Virus record (IMG/VR): IMGVR_UViG_3300045988_164504
Direction: 5' to 3' (one strand)
Length of the DNA: 32,030 bases
Source of the DNA: a virus
Below are positions 1-6,974 of the stretch, piece after piece. The position numbers were made by a program, and so were the translations under genes. How positions within the stretch are numbered: the stretch's first letter is position 1; every line of letters starts with the position of its first letter. The notes beneath the pieces were generated by a model. The model did no database searches and was not told where the DNA came from. It saw nothing but the letters and a program-made list of their open reading frames with translations.

Positions 1-55
1 GTAAACGATAGATTGCGTACCACAGTTTTACCTCATAAACTCAATGTTTATGGGG
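1..55. repeat. 55-bp direct repeat, copy 1 (identical to 31976..32030); att core (attL) or circular-assembly overlap
   Basis: GTAAACGATAGATTGCGTACCACAGTTTTACCTCATAAACTCAATGTTTATGGGG is present verbatim at both window ends. Confidence 0.95.
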
Positions 56-101
56 TTTTTCTTTTGTTAAGATATTCGTTAAACACCGTTGAAATCGGTT
101 C

Positions 102-134
102 GTAGGCAACAAGTAGGCAACAAGTAGGCAACAC
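102..134 (+). repeat. Three tandem 11-bp repeats GTAGGCAACA(A/C); putative integrase arm-type binding sites (P' arm)
   Basis: Units start at 102, 113 and 124. Two more copies in the same orientation lie at 31914..31935. The cluster sits between the 55-bp repeat and the integrase 3' end. Confidence 0.5.
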
Positions 135-158
135 AAAAAAGAGTAAAATGTACTTCTT

Positions 159-187
159 AATCTCGTAAAATAAATACGAGATTTTTT
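159..187 (+). terminator. Hairpin plus T-run (AATCTCGTA-N7-TACGAGATT-TTTT)
   Basis: Perfect 9-bp stem followed by a T-run on the + strand. It lies just outside the integrase stop. No U-run on the minus strand. Confidence 0.45.
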
Positions 188-204
188 GATATATAAAAAA
201 GAAC

Positions 205-1248
205 TTATTCAAGGTAATTAACTGCCTCGATAAGTTCTTCAATATCTTTATGTGTATAAACTTTATCAGTAATATCTTTACTTGCATGACCTAGTATTCT
301 TTTGATACATAATTTATTAGCAGGTGTTCTATCCATCATTGTAGCAAAAGTATGTCTTGTATCATGTGGTCTATGTTTTTTATCCATTTCTAATTGCTCA
401 ATAATCTTTTCAAATTTTTCATGATAGAAATTCCAATAAAGCATTTGCTTATATTCATGATTAAAAATTAAGTATTCACTACCAACCTTGATAGCATCAT
501 CATACCATCTTTTAACAAGAGGTAATATTCTATTATGTAGAGGGATAACTCTATCTTTACCTGCTTCTGTTTTAGAACCACCTCGCATATATTTTTCTTC
601 TAGGTGAACATTTTCTATTTTTATATCCAAAAGTTCGCCAACCCTCATTCCTGTATAAATAAGTATCAATATGCAGTCAATAAAGTCCATTCTAGCGACA
701 TTTTCCCAAAACTTGTCTATTTCCCACTGCTCGAATGGAATTCGCTCTAATTTGGTTGTTTTTTTGCCTATATCAATGTATTCAGAATATTTTCTTACAT
801 TCATATCATTTTTAATAGCATAATCATACATTTGATGCCATAATATTTTAAATGCCTTTTTTGCCGACCATTTTTCACCCATACCATCAACAATTGCTTG
901 TAGGTGATTGATTTTAACATCAACAAAAGGTAAATCTTGTATATCTTTACAATAGTTCCAGCACATATCATATACTTTTGTAGTCTTGTAGGCAATTTTT
1001 GGATATTTTTCATCTTGCCATTTAGCATGAAGTTCTGAAACTGTTATTTTTCTTACATCTATGTCATAAGGATTTTCATTAAATAGTGCTAATTCTTGTA
1101 ATGCTTTTGTTCTTGTTTCAAAGTATCCAACAATCTTTCTGATTTGAACACCATTTTCATCATATCCTACTGTTTTTCTTACAATATATGGTTTTCTTCT
1201 ATTCCCTGATAATTTTTGAATAGAACCATATCCGTTGGGTAATTTCAT
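205..1248 (-). CDS. int: Tyrosine-type site-specific integrase
   Basis: 347 aa. Catalytic motifs TGMRVGELL (Arg), HDTRHTFAT (HxxR) and LGHASKDITDKVYTH (His/Tyr). N-terminal arm/SAM-like region. Terminal position next to the att-like repeats. Confidence 0.93.
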   Translation of the reverse strand: MKLPNGYGSIQKLSGNRRKPYIVRKTVGYDENGVQIRKIVGYFETRTKALQELALFNENPYDIDVRKITVSELHAKWQDEKYPKIAYKTTKVYDMCWNYCKDIQDLPFVDVKINHLQAIVDGMGEKWSAKKAFKILWHQMYDYAIKNDMNVRKYSEYIDIGKKTTKLERIPFEQWEIDKFWENVARMDFIDCILILIYTGMRVGELLDIKIENVHLEEKYMRGGSKTEAGKDRVIPLHNRILPLVKRWYDDAIKVGSEYLIFNHEYKQMLYWNFYHEKFEKIIEQLEMDKKHRPHDTRHTFATMMDRTPANKLCIKRILGHASKDITDKVYTHKDIEELIEAVNYLE

Positions 1249-1270
1249 TTATCAAAAATGCCTCCTTTTC

Positions 1271-1299
1271 TTGTATTTTTCTAGTATTTTTGATATAAT
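1271..1299 (+). promoter_or_regulatory. Candidate sigma-A promoter TTGTAT-17 nt-TATAAT with TG extended -10
   Basis: TTGTAT at 1271..1276, TG at 1291..1292, TATAAT at 1294..1299. It points into a non-coding stretch that ends at the 1377..1407 hairpin plus T-run. Confidence 0.35.
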
Positions 1300-1332
1300 G
1301 AAATAGAAAAATCCATAACATTATATCTTATA

Positions 1333-1358
1333 TTTTGTTTTTTAGTCGACCAAGACTT
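1333..1358. repeat. Left copy of a 26-nt long-range inverted repeat (partner 2730..2755, 25/26)
   Basis: TTTTGTTTTTTAGTCGACCAAGACTT versus the reverse complement of 2730..2755, TTTTGTTTCTTAGTCGACCAAGACTT. The 16-nt core TAGTCGACCAAGACTT is exact. Confidence 0.9.
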
Positions 1359-1376
1359 TTTTGAGATTTTTCATTT

Positions 1377-1407
1377 GACTTACTGTTCGAGCAGTAGGTC
1401 TTTTTTT
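1377..1407 (+). terminator. Hairpin GACTTACTG-N6-CAGTAGGTC followed by T7, oriented for the + strand
   Basis: 9-bp stem with one G:T pair, then TTTTTTT at 1401..1407. On the minus strand the A-run precedes the stem and no U-run follows. Confidence 0.45.
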
Positions 1408-1612
1408 ATGCCTGTTTAGATTTGACAACTTCAATAATTTTGGTGATACACCATTTTATAGGAACATAAAATAAATACTTAAAAATTAAATAATATGAAT
1501 AGAAAAATATAAAATATAGGATATTACAAATTAAATAATCACTTACTTTCCAACTTGTAGTAAAATATTTTCCTTTTCCAATTTTATTAACAGTTCTAAT
1601 TCTTGTTCCCAT
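1406..1612 (-). CDS. Small hydrophobic protein co-transcribed with the repressor (possible membrane or superinfection-exclusion factor)
   Basis: 68 aa. Its start is 4 nt after the repressor stop. One long aromatic-rich hydrophobic segment (YLICNILYFIFFYSYYLIFKYLFYV). No recognisable family. Confidence 0.45.
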   Translation of the reverse strand: MGTRIRTVNKIGKGKYFTTSWKVSDYLICNILYFIFFYSYYLIFKYLFYVPIKWCITKIIEVVKSKQA

Positions 1613-1615
1613 ATA

Positions 1616-2308
1616 TTATCTCAACTTTCTTCTTACTTCAACTGCTACACCAATTATCTTAACTGGTTTAGTCATAATTTCATATTCATCAAAGTAGTAA
1701 GGTTCATAATTGTTATTTAATGGTTTTAAAATTATGCTTTTTTCTTGTTTTACAACTCTTTTAAAAGTAGCATCATCACCATTTACCATAACAACACAAT
1801 CATCACCAGAATTACAATCATTTTGTTGTCTTATTATAATAATATCACCTGTTTTATAATCAGGATACATACTATCACCATCAATTTTTAATGAAAAGTA
1901 ATTATTACCATCTCTTAACATTGATGCAGGAATTTCTTCGTATCCAATTATATCCTCTATCGCTTCAATAGGAATTCCAGCAGGAACTTTACCTAGTATT
2001 GGTATTTTTACAGTTTTTGTCATTGTTTCAATATATCTTGCATTATCAATTTTAATATTTGAAACATCTTCTTCATCAGTTAGCCAATCCCTATCCATAT
2101 CAACATCATATCCCATAAGCCAACCCTCACTAACACCTAGTGTTTCAGCAATAATATTTACTTTATCTTGTTTTGCTTTAAATGTTCCTGATAGGTAATT
2201 ACTTATTAAGGATTTGTTAATACCTGTTCGATTTGCGAGGTCAACAGGTTTCATATTATTATATTCTAATGCTTTTCTTAAACGATTGGCAAAAGTATCT
2301 TCTAACAT
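1616..2308 (-). CDS. CI/LexA-like repressor (XRE HTH N-domain plus S24 peptidase autocleavage C-domain)
   Basis: 230 aa. HTH: MKPVDLANRTGINKSLISNYLSG. S24 Ser/Lys dyad context: GDSMYP ... ATFKRV. Divergent from the early operon. Confidence 0.9.
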   Translation of the reverse strand: MLEDTFANRLRKALEYNNMKPVDLANRTGINKSLISNYLSGTFKAKQDKVNIIAETLGVSEGWLMGYDVDMDRDWLTDEEDVSNIKIDNARYIETMTKTVKIPILGKVPAGIPIEAIEDIIGYEEIPASMLRDGNNYFSLKIDGDSMYPDYKTGDIIIIRQQNDCNSGDDCVVMVNGDDATFKRVVKQEKSIILKPLNNNYEPYYFDEYEIMTKPVKIIGVAVEVRRKLR

Positions 2309-2343
2309 GACTAATTCACCTCATATTCATTATATATTAAAAG

Positions 2344-2423
2344 TTAGAAAAACGCAACTATAATATAGTAAAAAGATAAAAAAGTTTAGAAAAACTAAAA
2401 TAGGGTATTGACAATTTAGAAAA
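2344..2423. promoter_or_regulatory. Operator-like repeats: three copies of TTAGAAAA in the divergent control region
   Basis: Copies at 2344, 2386 and 2416. Copies 1 and 3 extend to TTAGAAAAnnGnAACTATAAT. Copy 3 fills the spacer of the early promoter. Confidence 0.35.
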
Positions 2424-2436
2424 TAGAAACTATAAT
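2408..2436 (+). promoter_or_regulatory. Early lytic promoter, perfect consensus TTGACA-17 nt-TATAAT
   Basis: TTGACA at 2408..2413, exactly 17 nt, TATAAT at 2431..2436. It faces the Cro-like gene. Confidence 0.75.
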
Positions 2437-2494
2437 TTAGTTAGAGTTGCGAAAATATGAACTACACCAACTCAAAATGAAAGGAGGAAATCAC

Positions 2495-2731
2495 TTGGCA
2501 AAATACAATTATTCTAAATTAAAAGGAAGAATAAAAGAACTAGATATGACATTAAATGACTTTGCAGAAAGACTTGGAATTGCTGAACAAACCTTATATA
2601 AAAAGTTTAATAACCAGTCATATTTTACACAAGAAGAAATTGATAAAGCAATGAAAATTATTATGCAACCTATGAGCAAAGTGCAACTATATTTTTTTAA
2701 TAAAAAAGTTGCGAAAAACGAAACTAATTAA
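2495..2731 (+). CDS. Cro-like / XRE-type HTH early regulator
   Basis: HTH segment MTLNDFAERLGIAEQTLYKKFNN. The track ORF begins at TTG 2447, only about 4 nt from the predicted transcription start. TTG 2495 has AGGAGG (2482..2487) 7 nt upstream. ATG 2477 is an alternative. Confidence 0.7.
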   Translation: MAKYNYSKLKGRIKELDMTLNDFAERLGIAEQTLYKKFNNQSYFTQEEIDKAMKIIMQPMSKVQLYFFNKKVAKNETN

Positions 2732-2755
2732 GTCTTGGTCGACTAAGAAACAAAA
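2730..2755. repeat. Right copy of the 26-nt inverted repeat (partner 1333..1358)
   Basis: AAGTCTTGGTCGACTAAGAAACAAAA starts inside the stop codon of the Cro-like gene and ends about 25 nt before the next start codon. Confidence 0.9.
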
Positions 2756-2779
2756 ACAAATTATAAGAAAGGATTTTTT

Positions 2780-2968
2780 ATGAAAAAGATAACAATTAAA
2801 CAAGCATCAGAATTGATGCATAAATCACCACAATTTATAAGAGTGGGATTACAAACAGGGAGGTTACCATTTGGTTCAGCAGTAAAGGTAAAAGAAAGAT
2901 GGAATTACATTATTTATCCTGATATGTTTTATCAATATTTAGGAATTAAGGAGGTACAACATGACTAG
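2780..2968 (+). CDS. Small HTH DNA-binding protein, excisionase-like
   Basis: 62 aa. The pattern ITIKQASELMHKSPQFIRVGLQTGRLPF resembles MerR/Xis-type HTH. Its position after cro fits. Confidence 0.45.
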   Translation: MKKITIKQASELMHKSPQFIRVGLQTGRLPFGSAVKVKERWNYIIYPDMFYQYLGIKEVQHD

Positions 2969-3176
2969 AAGAAGATTAAAACCATGGGTAAAACAATTTT
3001 TAGTTGGTTTAGGAATAGGTGTTGTAATTCTATTATTTGTAGCAATTGGAAATTATTTTGATAGAGAAATGGAAGAACATATTGAAAGAGTTTCAAAAGA
3101 ATGTGCTTCACAAGGATATGGTATAACTGCCAAATATACAAAAGAGGGGGATAAATACTATGTCTGCAAAAAGTAA
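2961..3176 (+). CDS. Hypothetical membrane protein
   Basis: 71 aa. GGAGG 6 nt upstream. One TM segment (FLVGLGIGVVILLFVAIG). Confidence 0.5.
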   Translation: MTRRRLKPWVKQFLVGLGIGVVILLFVAIGNYFDREMEEHIERVSKECASQGYGITAKYTKEGDKYYVCKK

Positions 3177-3405
3177 AAGTCAAATATCAGAGGTAATAGG
3201 TTTGCTTAGAAAACAAGGATATATAACATCCTATGAAGCAATTGAAAAATTTGGTGCAACTAGATTATCAGGAATAATATTTATTTTACGAGAAAGAGGG
3301 TTTGGAATAGAAACTGAAATGGTTCAAGGCAAAAATAGGTATGGTCATTCAACAAATTATGCCATCTATCGCCTTACAAAAGATATAGAGGAGGTTGAAG
3401 AATGA
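3160..3405 (+). CDS. Winged-helix DNA-binding protein (HTH_39-like pattern)
   Basis: 81 aa. The pattern LLRKQGYITSYEAIEKFGATRLSGIIFILRERGFGIET ... YAIYRL resembles that family. Confidence 0.5.
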   Translation: MSAKSKSQISEVIGLLRKQGYITSYEAIEKFGATRLSGIIFILRERGFGIETEMVQGKNRYGHSTNYAIYRLTKDIEEVEE

Positions 3406-3521
3406 TATTAAAAATATTAGAATTCTTTGGAATTATTATATTTGTAAGTTTAGGGGTGTTTGTAGTAGTTACTTTGGGAATTGCTATGTATAAGTCAATT
3501 CAAAAGCAGATGAGAAAGTAG
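3402..3521 (+). CDS. Unlisted 39-aa membrane mini-protein (MILKILEFFGIIIFVSLGVFVVVTLGIAMYKSIQKQMRK)
   Basis: Below the ORF-track length cutoff. ATG overlaps the upstream TGA (ATGA). AGGAGG lies 7 nt upstream. It exactly fills the gap to the next gene. Confidence 0.5.
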   Translation: MILKILEFFGIIIFVSLGVFVVVTLGIAMYKSIQKQMRK

Positions 3522-4382
3522 ATGGTGATAAATATGTCTAATAACAGATTTTATTGGATTAAATTAAAAACTAATTTTTTCAATAGAGAGGATATAGATT
3601 TTCTACTTTCTCAAAAAAACGGTGCTGAATATGTAGTTTTGTATCAGATGCTATGTTTAAGCACTGCTAATAATAATGGCAGGTTAGAAACTAAAATGGG
3701 TGAAATTATTATTCCATATAATGCAGATAAAATCGTTAGAGATTGTAAATACTTTGATATTGATACAGTTAATGTTGCAATGTCTTTATATAAAAGATTA
3801 GGTTTAATTTATGAAGAAGAACAAGATGGTGTTTTGAAAATATCAAATTATGAAGATATGGTTGGTAGTGAGTCAAAATGGGCAGAAAAAAAGAGAATAT
3901 ATCGTGAAAATCATAAAAAACTAGGATGTAATTCTAGTGAGGACAATGTAGAGGACAACAAAGAGGACATTGTCCGACAAGAGTATAGAGATAAGAGTAT
4001 AGAGTATAGAGATATAGATAATAAAGATATAAATAATAGTGTTAGTGTTAGTGTTAGCGATGCCGAACTTTTAGATTTTTTTGAAAGATTTGAAATTAAA
4101 GACAAAGATAATCAATCTACTATTATTAAATATTTAAATGATGGAATGTCGTTTGAAGTTATCAAAAATGGGTTAATGATACCTTATGACAGAAATGTTA
4201 TGAATTTTGATTTTGATGATGAAACTGCTCCGATTAACAATCCAATTGGATATGGATTACAAATTTTAGAGAATTGGCATAACATGGGTGTCAAAACACT
4301 AGAAGAAGCAAAAAAATATAATAAATTAAATAAAAATAGAACTGAAATGATTGGTGCTGATAAAAAAGGAGGAAGAAAATGA
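3522..4382 (+). CDS. Phage replisome organizer (N-terminal replisome-organizer domain)
   Basis: 286 aa. FYWIKLKTNFFNREDIDFLLSQKNGAEYVVLYQMLCL is the typical N-terminus of this family. An acidic low-complexity linker carries the DNA repeats. ATG 3534 is an alternative start. Confidence 0.75.
   Translation: MVINMSNNRFYWIKLKTNFFNREDIDFLLSQKNGAEYVVLYQMLCLSTANNNGRLETKMGEIIIPYNADKIVRDCKYFDIDTVNVAMSLYKRLGLIYEEEQDGVLKISNYEDMVGSESKWAEKKRIYRENHKKLGCNSSEDNVEDNKEDIVRQEYRDKSIEYRDIDNKDINNSVSVSVSDAELLDFFERFEIKDKDNQSTIIKYLNDGMSFEVIKNGLMIPYDRNVMNFDFDDETAPINNPIGYGLQILENWHNMGVKTLEEAKKYNKLNKNRTEMIGADKKGGRK
3939..4057. repeat. Iteron-like direct repeats inside the replisome-organizer gene (candidate origin)
   Basis: GAGGACA at 3939, 3951 and 3963 (12-bp period; the last unit is inside palindrome GGACATTGTCC). 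Repeated GAGTATAGAG units at 3981..4020. AGTGTT x3 at 4038..4055. Confidence 0.45.
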
Positions 4383-4804
4383 CAATATATGAATTATCTA
4401 AATATTACAATTTAAAAATAGAAATTCAACAAATAAAAGATAATATTGAAGAAATTGAAACTACAATAATTGGTTCTTCCAAAATTACAGGTATGCCGAT
4501 GATGTCAAGTGGTAATAATAGCAATCCTACTGAAAGAATAGGAATAAAATTAGCAAAATTAAAAACCACATTAGAAAATAAAAAAGATAAGTTGCTTGAT
4601 GAGGCAACTAAAATAGAAGAATTTCTAAATACTGTTGAAGATGGTGAAATTCGTATTATTATTAGAAAAAGATTTTTAGAGGGTAAAACATGGAAAGAAG
4701 TAAGCAAAGATATTATTGCTGATAGGTCAACCCCATACTACAAATTAAAAAAATATTTAAAAGGGAGGTCTGTATCAGATGATAAAAATAAAAAGAGCAA
4801 TTGA
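4379..4804 (+). CDS. Late-gene transcriptional regulator, ArpU/RinA/DUF1492-like (sigma-70 region-4-like HTH)
   Basis: 141 aa. ITGMPMMSSGNNSNPTE motif, then C-terminal EIRIIIRKRFLEGKTWKEVSKDIIADRSTPYYKLKKYL (region-4 type HTH). Confidence 0.6.
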   Translation: MTIYELSKYYNLKIEIQQIKDNIEEIETTIIGSSKITGMPMMSSGNNSNPTERIGIKLAKLKTTLENKKDKLLDEATKIEEFLNTVEDGEIRIIIRKRFLEGKTWKEVSKDIIADRSTPYYKLKKYLKGRSVSDDKNKKSN

Positions 4805-5027
4805 TTTGTTTAGATTAGACAAATTTCAATTAATTAAAAAGATAAATACTCTTGAATTAGAAAACTCTGTTTTAGAACAAACAATAAAAGATGAATTATA
4901 TAAAATATTCATGGATAAATTAAGAGAACCCCAAGAATTAGATAGAGTAAAAAAAGAAAATAAAAATTTGAGAAGTAAAGTCAAAACTCTAAAAGCATTG
5001 TTAAAGGGTGATACTGATGGAAAGTGA
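4779..5027 (+). CDS. Hypothetical coiled-coil protein
   Basis: 82 aa. GGGAGG upstream. Same-strand tiling. Confidence 0.5.
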   Translation: MIKIKRAIDLFRLDKFQLIKKINTLELENSVLEQTIKDELYKIFMDKLREPQELDRVKKENKNLRSKVKTLKALLKGDTDGK

Positions 5028-5277
5028 GATTTTGAGTATTGAAACTGTTCAGAAATTAGCAAGATTAGAAAAAGTAGAAATTGAAAATAAGCAATATGAA
5101 AAAATAATATGTGATTTTGATAGAGAGGTAAATCGTTTATTTAATATTATTAAAGATGCTTATGAATACTTAGATAAAAAAACACTATGTTTCAAAGATG
5201 ATAAAGATATTTTAAAAAGAATATTATCAAAAGGTTTAAGCAATGAGGTTGATAATGTCGAAAGTATATCAAGATAA
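5017..5277 (+). CDS. Hypothetical protein
   Basis: The track starts at GTG 5008. ATG 5017 is better spaced from AAGGGTG. Confidence 0.5.
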   Translation: MESEILSIETVQKLARLEKVEIENKQYEKIICDFDREVNRLFNIIKDAYEYLDKKTLCFKDDKDILKRILSKGLSNEVDNVESISR

Positions 5278-5656
5278 TTTTAATAATTCACTTTCTAATA
5301 ATAGTGATAATGAATTCACTAAAAAATTGAGGGCTTTAAAAAAATATTGCCCACAAGCATATAAATTTGTCATATTCAGATTTAAAGATACTTACTTGAA
5401 TGTTGAAAATGGTGAGTATTCAATAAATCTGCCGACATCTAAGGAATTTAAGTTTGTTTATGGTCAAATAAAATTAATATATCGAGTAAAAAACAAAGGT
5501 ATAAAATTTATTGATTTAGAACCATCTGATTTCTTTATAGATGGATATAGATTTGATTTAGAAGTATATAAATCAATATATTATAGAAATGCAAAAGATA
5601 AATTCAAAATAGATTTGATGCTAGAAATGAAAAAAGGAGGAAAAATAAATGAATGA
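5255..5656 (+). CDS. Hypothetical protein
   Basis: The track starts at ATG 5243. ATG 5255 has GAGG 5 nt upstream. The start is uncertain. Confidence 0.5.
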   Translation: MSKVYQDNFNNSLSNNSDNEFTKKLRALKKYCPQAYKFVIFRFKDTYLNVENGEYSINLPTSKEFKFVYGQIKLIYRVKNKGIKFIDLEPSDFFIDGYRFDLEVYKSIYYRNAKDKFKIDLMLEMKKGGKINE

Positions 5657-6005
5657 AAAATTAAGAAAGATTATAAATCATTATGGCATGGATAAACAAT
5701 TGAAATATTTTCAAAGTGAAGTATTTGAATTAAATGAGGCAATTATAAAAAGAAGAAATACAGGAGTAATAGAAAGTATTGCCATAGGAATAACTAATGC
5801 AGTAGCACCATTACTAAATATAAAAAATGTTGATTATTCAAAAGAACATATCAAAGAAGAAATTGCAGATGTTATGGTTATGTTAAAGCAATTTCAGTTA
5901 TATTATGATATTCCAACAGAAGATATAAAAGCAATCATGAAAAATAAAGTTGATAGACAACTAGAAAGGATTGAATATGAACCTAAGCATGGAAAAGAAG
6001 AATAA
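5649..6005 (+). CDS. MazG-like all-alpha nucleotide pyrophosphohydrolase
   Basis: 118 aa. The pairing LKYFQSEVFELNEAI ... KEEIADVMVMLKQF (ExxE ... EExxD) is typical of the MazG fold. Confidence 0.65.
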   Translation: MNEKLRKIINHYGMDKQLKYFQSEVFELNEAIIKRRNTGVIESIAIGITNAVAPLLNIKNVDYSKEHIKEEIADVMVMLKQFQLYYDIPTEDIKAIMKNKVDRQLERIEYEPKHGKEE

Positions 6006-6174
6006 GATTAAAAACATTGGTATAGCAATAGGAATATTATTGTTCTTTGCGATTACTTGTTTAATAATTTATGAAGCAATAGACTTTGCTAATGATTATA
6101 GATGCAGTAATTTACCATTAAATGAGTTTTTTCAAGATGAAAGTTGTAAAAAATATTGGAGGTATGAAAAATGA
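5977..6174 (+). CDS. Hypothetical membrane protein
   Basis: One TM segment (IGIAIGILLFFAITCLIIY). The track starts at TTG 5971. Confidence 0.45.
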   Translation: MNLSMEKKNKIKNIGIAIGILLFFAITCLIIYEAIDFANDYRCSNLPLNEFFQDESCKKYWRYEK

Positions 6175-6416
6175 TAGAAGATAAAGAAATGGAATATGTA
6201 AATGTTCCAACATATATAGAAAAAGCAGTAAAAAAATTATTTAAACTAAAAAATACTGAAAAAGAATTGGCAATGCAAATAAAGGACTATATGTCAACCC
6301 ATGATATTCCATTAGAAACACCTTTGCAATTATTAAAATATATTCCAAAAGAAAATGTTGATGAAAACCAAATGAAAATAAACTTTGAAACTGGGGAGGT
6401 TGAACAAAATGGTTAA
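6171..6416 (+). CDS. Hypothetical protein
   Basis: 81 aa. GGAGG 8 nt upstream. Confidence 0.5.
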   Translation: MIEDKEMEYVNVPTYIEKAVKKLFKLKNTEKELAMQIKDYMSTHDIPLETPLQLLKYIPKENVDENQMKINFETGEVEQNG

Positions 6417-6702
6417 ATACATTTGTTTAGCACCAAGTAAAGAACAATTTAATATAAAAGGTGAAAGTTTAGGCATGAGTGGTGAAAGAGCATTATATTA
6501 TGCTACCGATATAGGAAAGCATCGTATATATAGAAGTTGCTATCCAATAGAACCATATATATTTAAAGGTAAGGATATTAATGAAAAATTAGAATTGTTA
6601 TATTTTAATACTTCAATAGAAGCACAAAGATTATGTGATGAAATAAATAGTGTATATGGTGATGATTTTATAGTAAAAGAGGTGAATGTTGATGAAGAAT
6701 AA
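6409..6702 (+). CDS. Hypothetical protein
   Basis: ATG 6409 is preceded by GGGGAGG. The track starts at TTG 6385. Confidence 0.5.
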   Translation: MVKYICLAPSKEQFNIKGESLGMSGERALYYATDIGKHRIYRSCYPIEPYIFKGKDINEKLELLYFNTSIEAQRLCDEINSVYGDDFIVKEVNVDEE

Positions 6703-6961
6703 TGAATTTATTGATTTATGTGTATCAAAATTAGTTGAATATGTGAATTCTAATTTGGATAAAAGTGATGCTTTAATAAACATTACAAAAGATTGTGTAT
6801 TTGTAGTTTGGAGTTGTAAAACATTACAAAATAATAAGGCATTATTAAGTACAACATTATCAGATGGAATGTATTATGAATTTACATATAATGGTGATAA
6901 AAAGGAACTATATCTTGATGCTTACAAAAAATGGCAAAATATCTGCTATAAGATTGATTAA
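6692..6961 (+). CDS. Hypothetical protein
   Basis: ATG 6692 is 7 nt after GAGGTG. ATG 6686 in the track is too close to the RBS. Confidence 0.5.
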   Translation: MKNNEFIDLCVSKLVEYVNSNLDKSDALINITKDCVFVVWSCKTLQNNKALLSTTLSDGMYYEFTYNGDKKELYLDAYKKWQNICYKID

Positions 6962-6974
6962 ATGAGGACTGCTT

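Noticed and set aside
102-134. GTAGGCAACA tandem repeats as a possible CRISPR array or coding repeat
   Set aside because: The 11-bp units are directly adjacent with no spacers. There are only 3 plus 2 copies, and they sit beside an integrase and an att-like core. Arm-type recombinase sites are the better explanation.
48-287. 79-aa minus-strand ORF spanning the att-side intergenic region and the integrase 3' end
   Set aside because: It overlaps the integrase stop region and the arm-type repeats. The sequence is low-complexity Ile/Leu/Lys/Phe, typical of random frames in AT-rich DNA, and there is no RBS.
801-1028. 75-aa alternative-frame ORF inside the integrase gene
   Set aside because: It is fully nested in a confidently assigned CDS on the same strand and has no independent signal.
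1377-1407. Hairpin as the terminator of the repressor operon (minus strand)
   Set aside because: The T-run follows the stem only on the + strand. On the minus strand an A-run precedes the stem and no U-run follows. It is therefore annotated as + oriented, although weak bidirectional function cannot be excluded.
2965-5062. Antisense ORFs 2965..3183, 3911..4105, 4426..4707 and 4826..5062
   Set aside because: All lie opposite well-supported + strand genes with RBSs. Their Leu/Ser/Phe/Ile-rich products are the expected complement of purine-rich AT-rich coding sequence.
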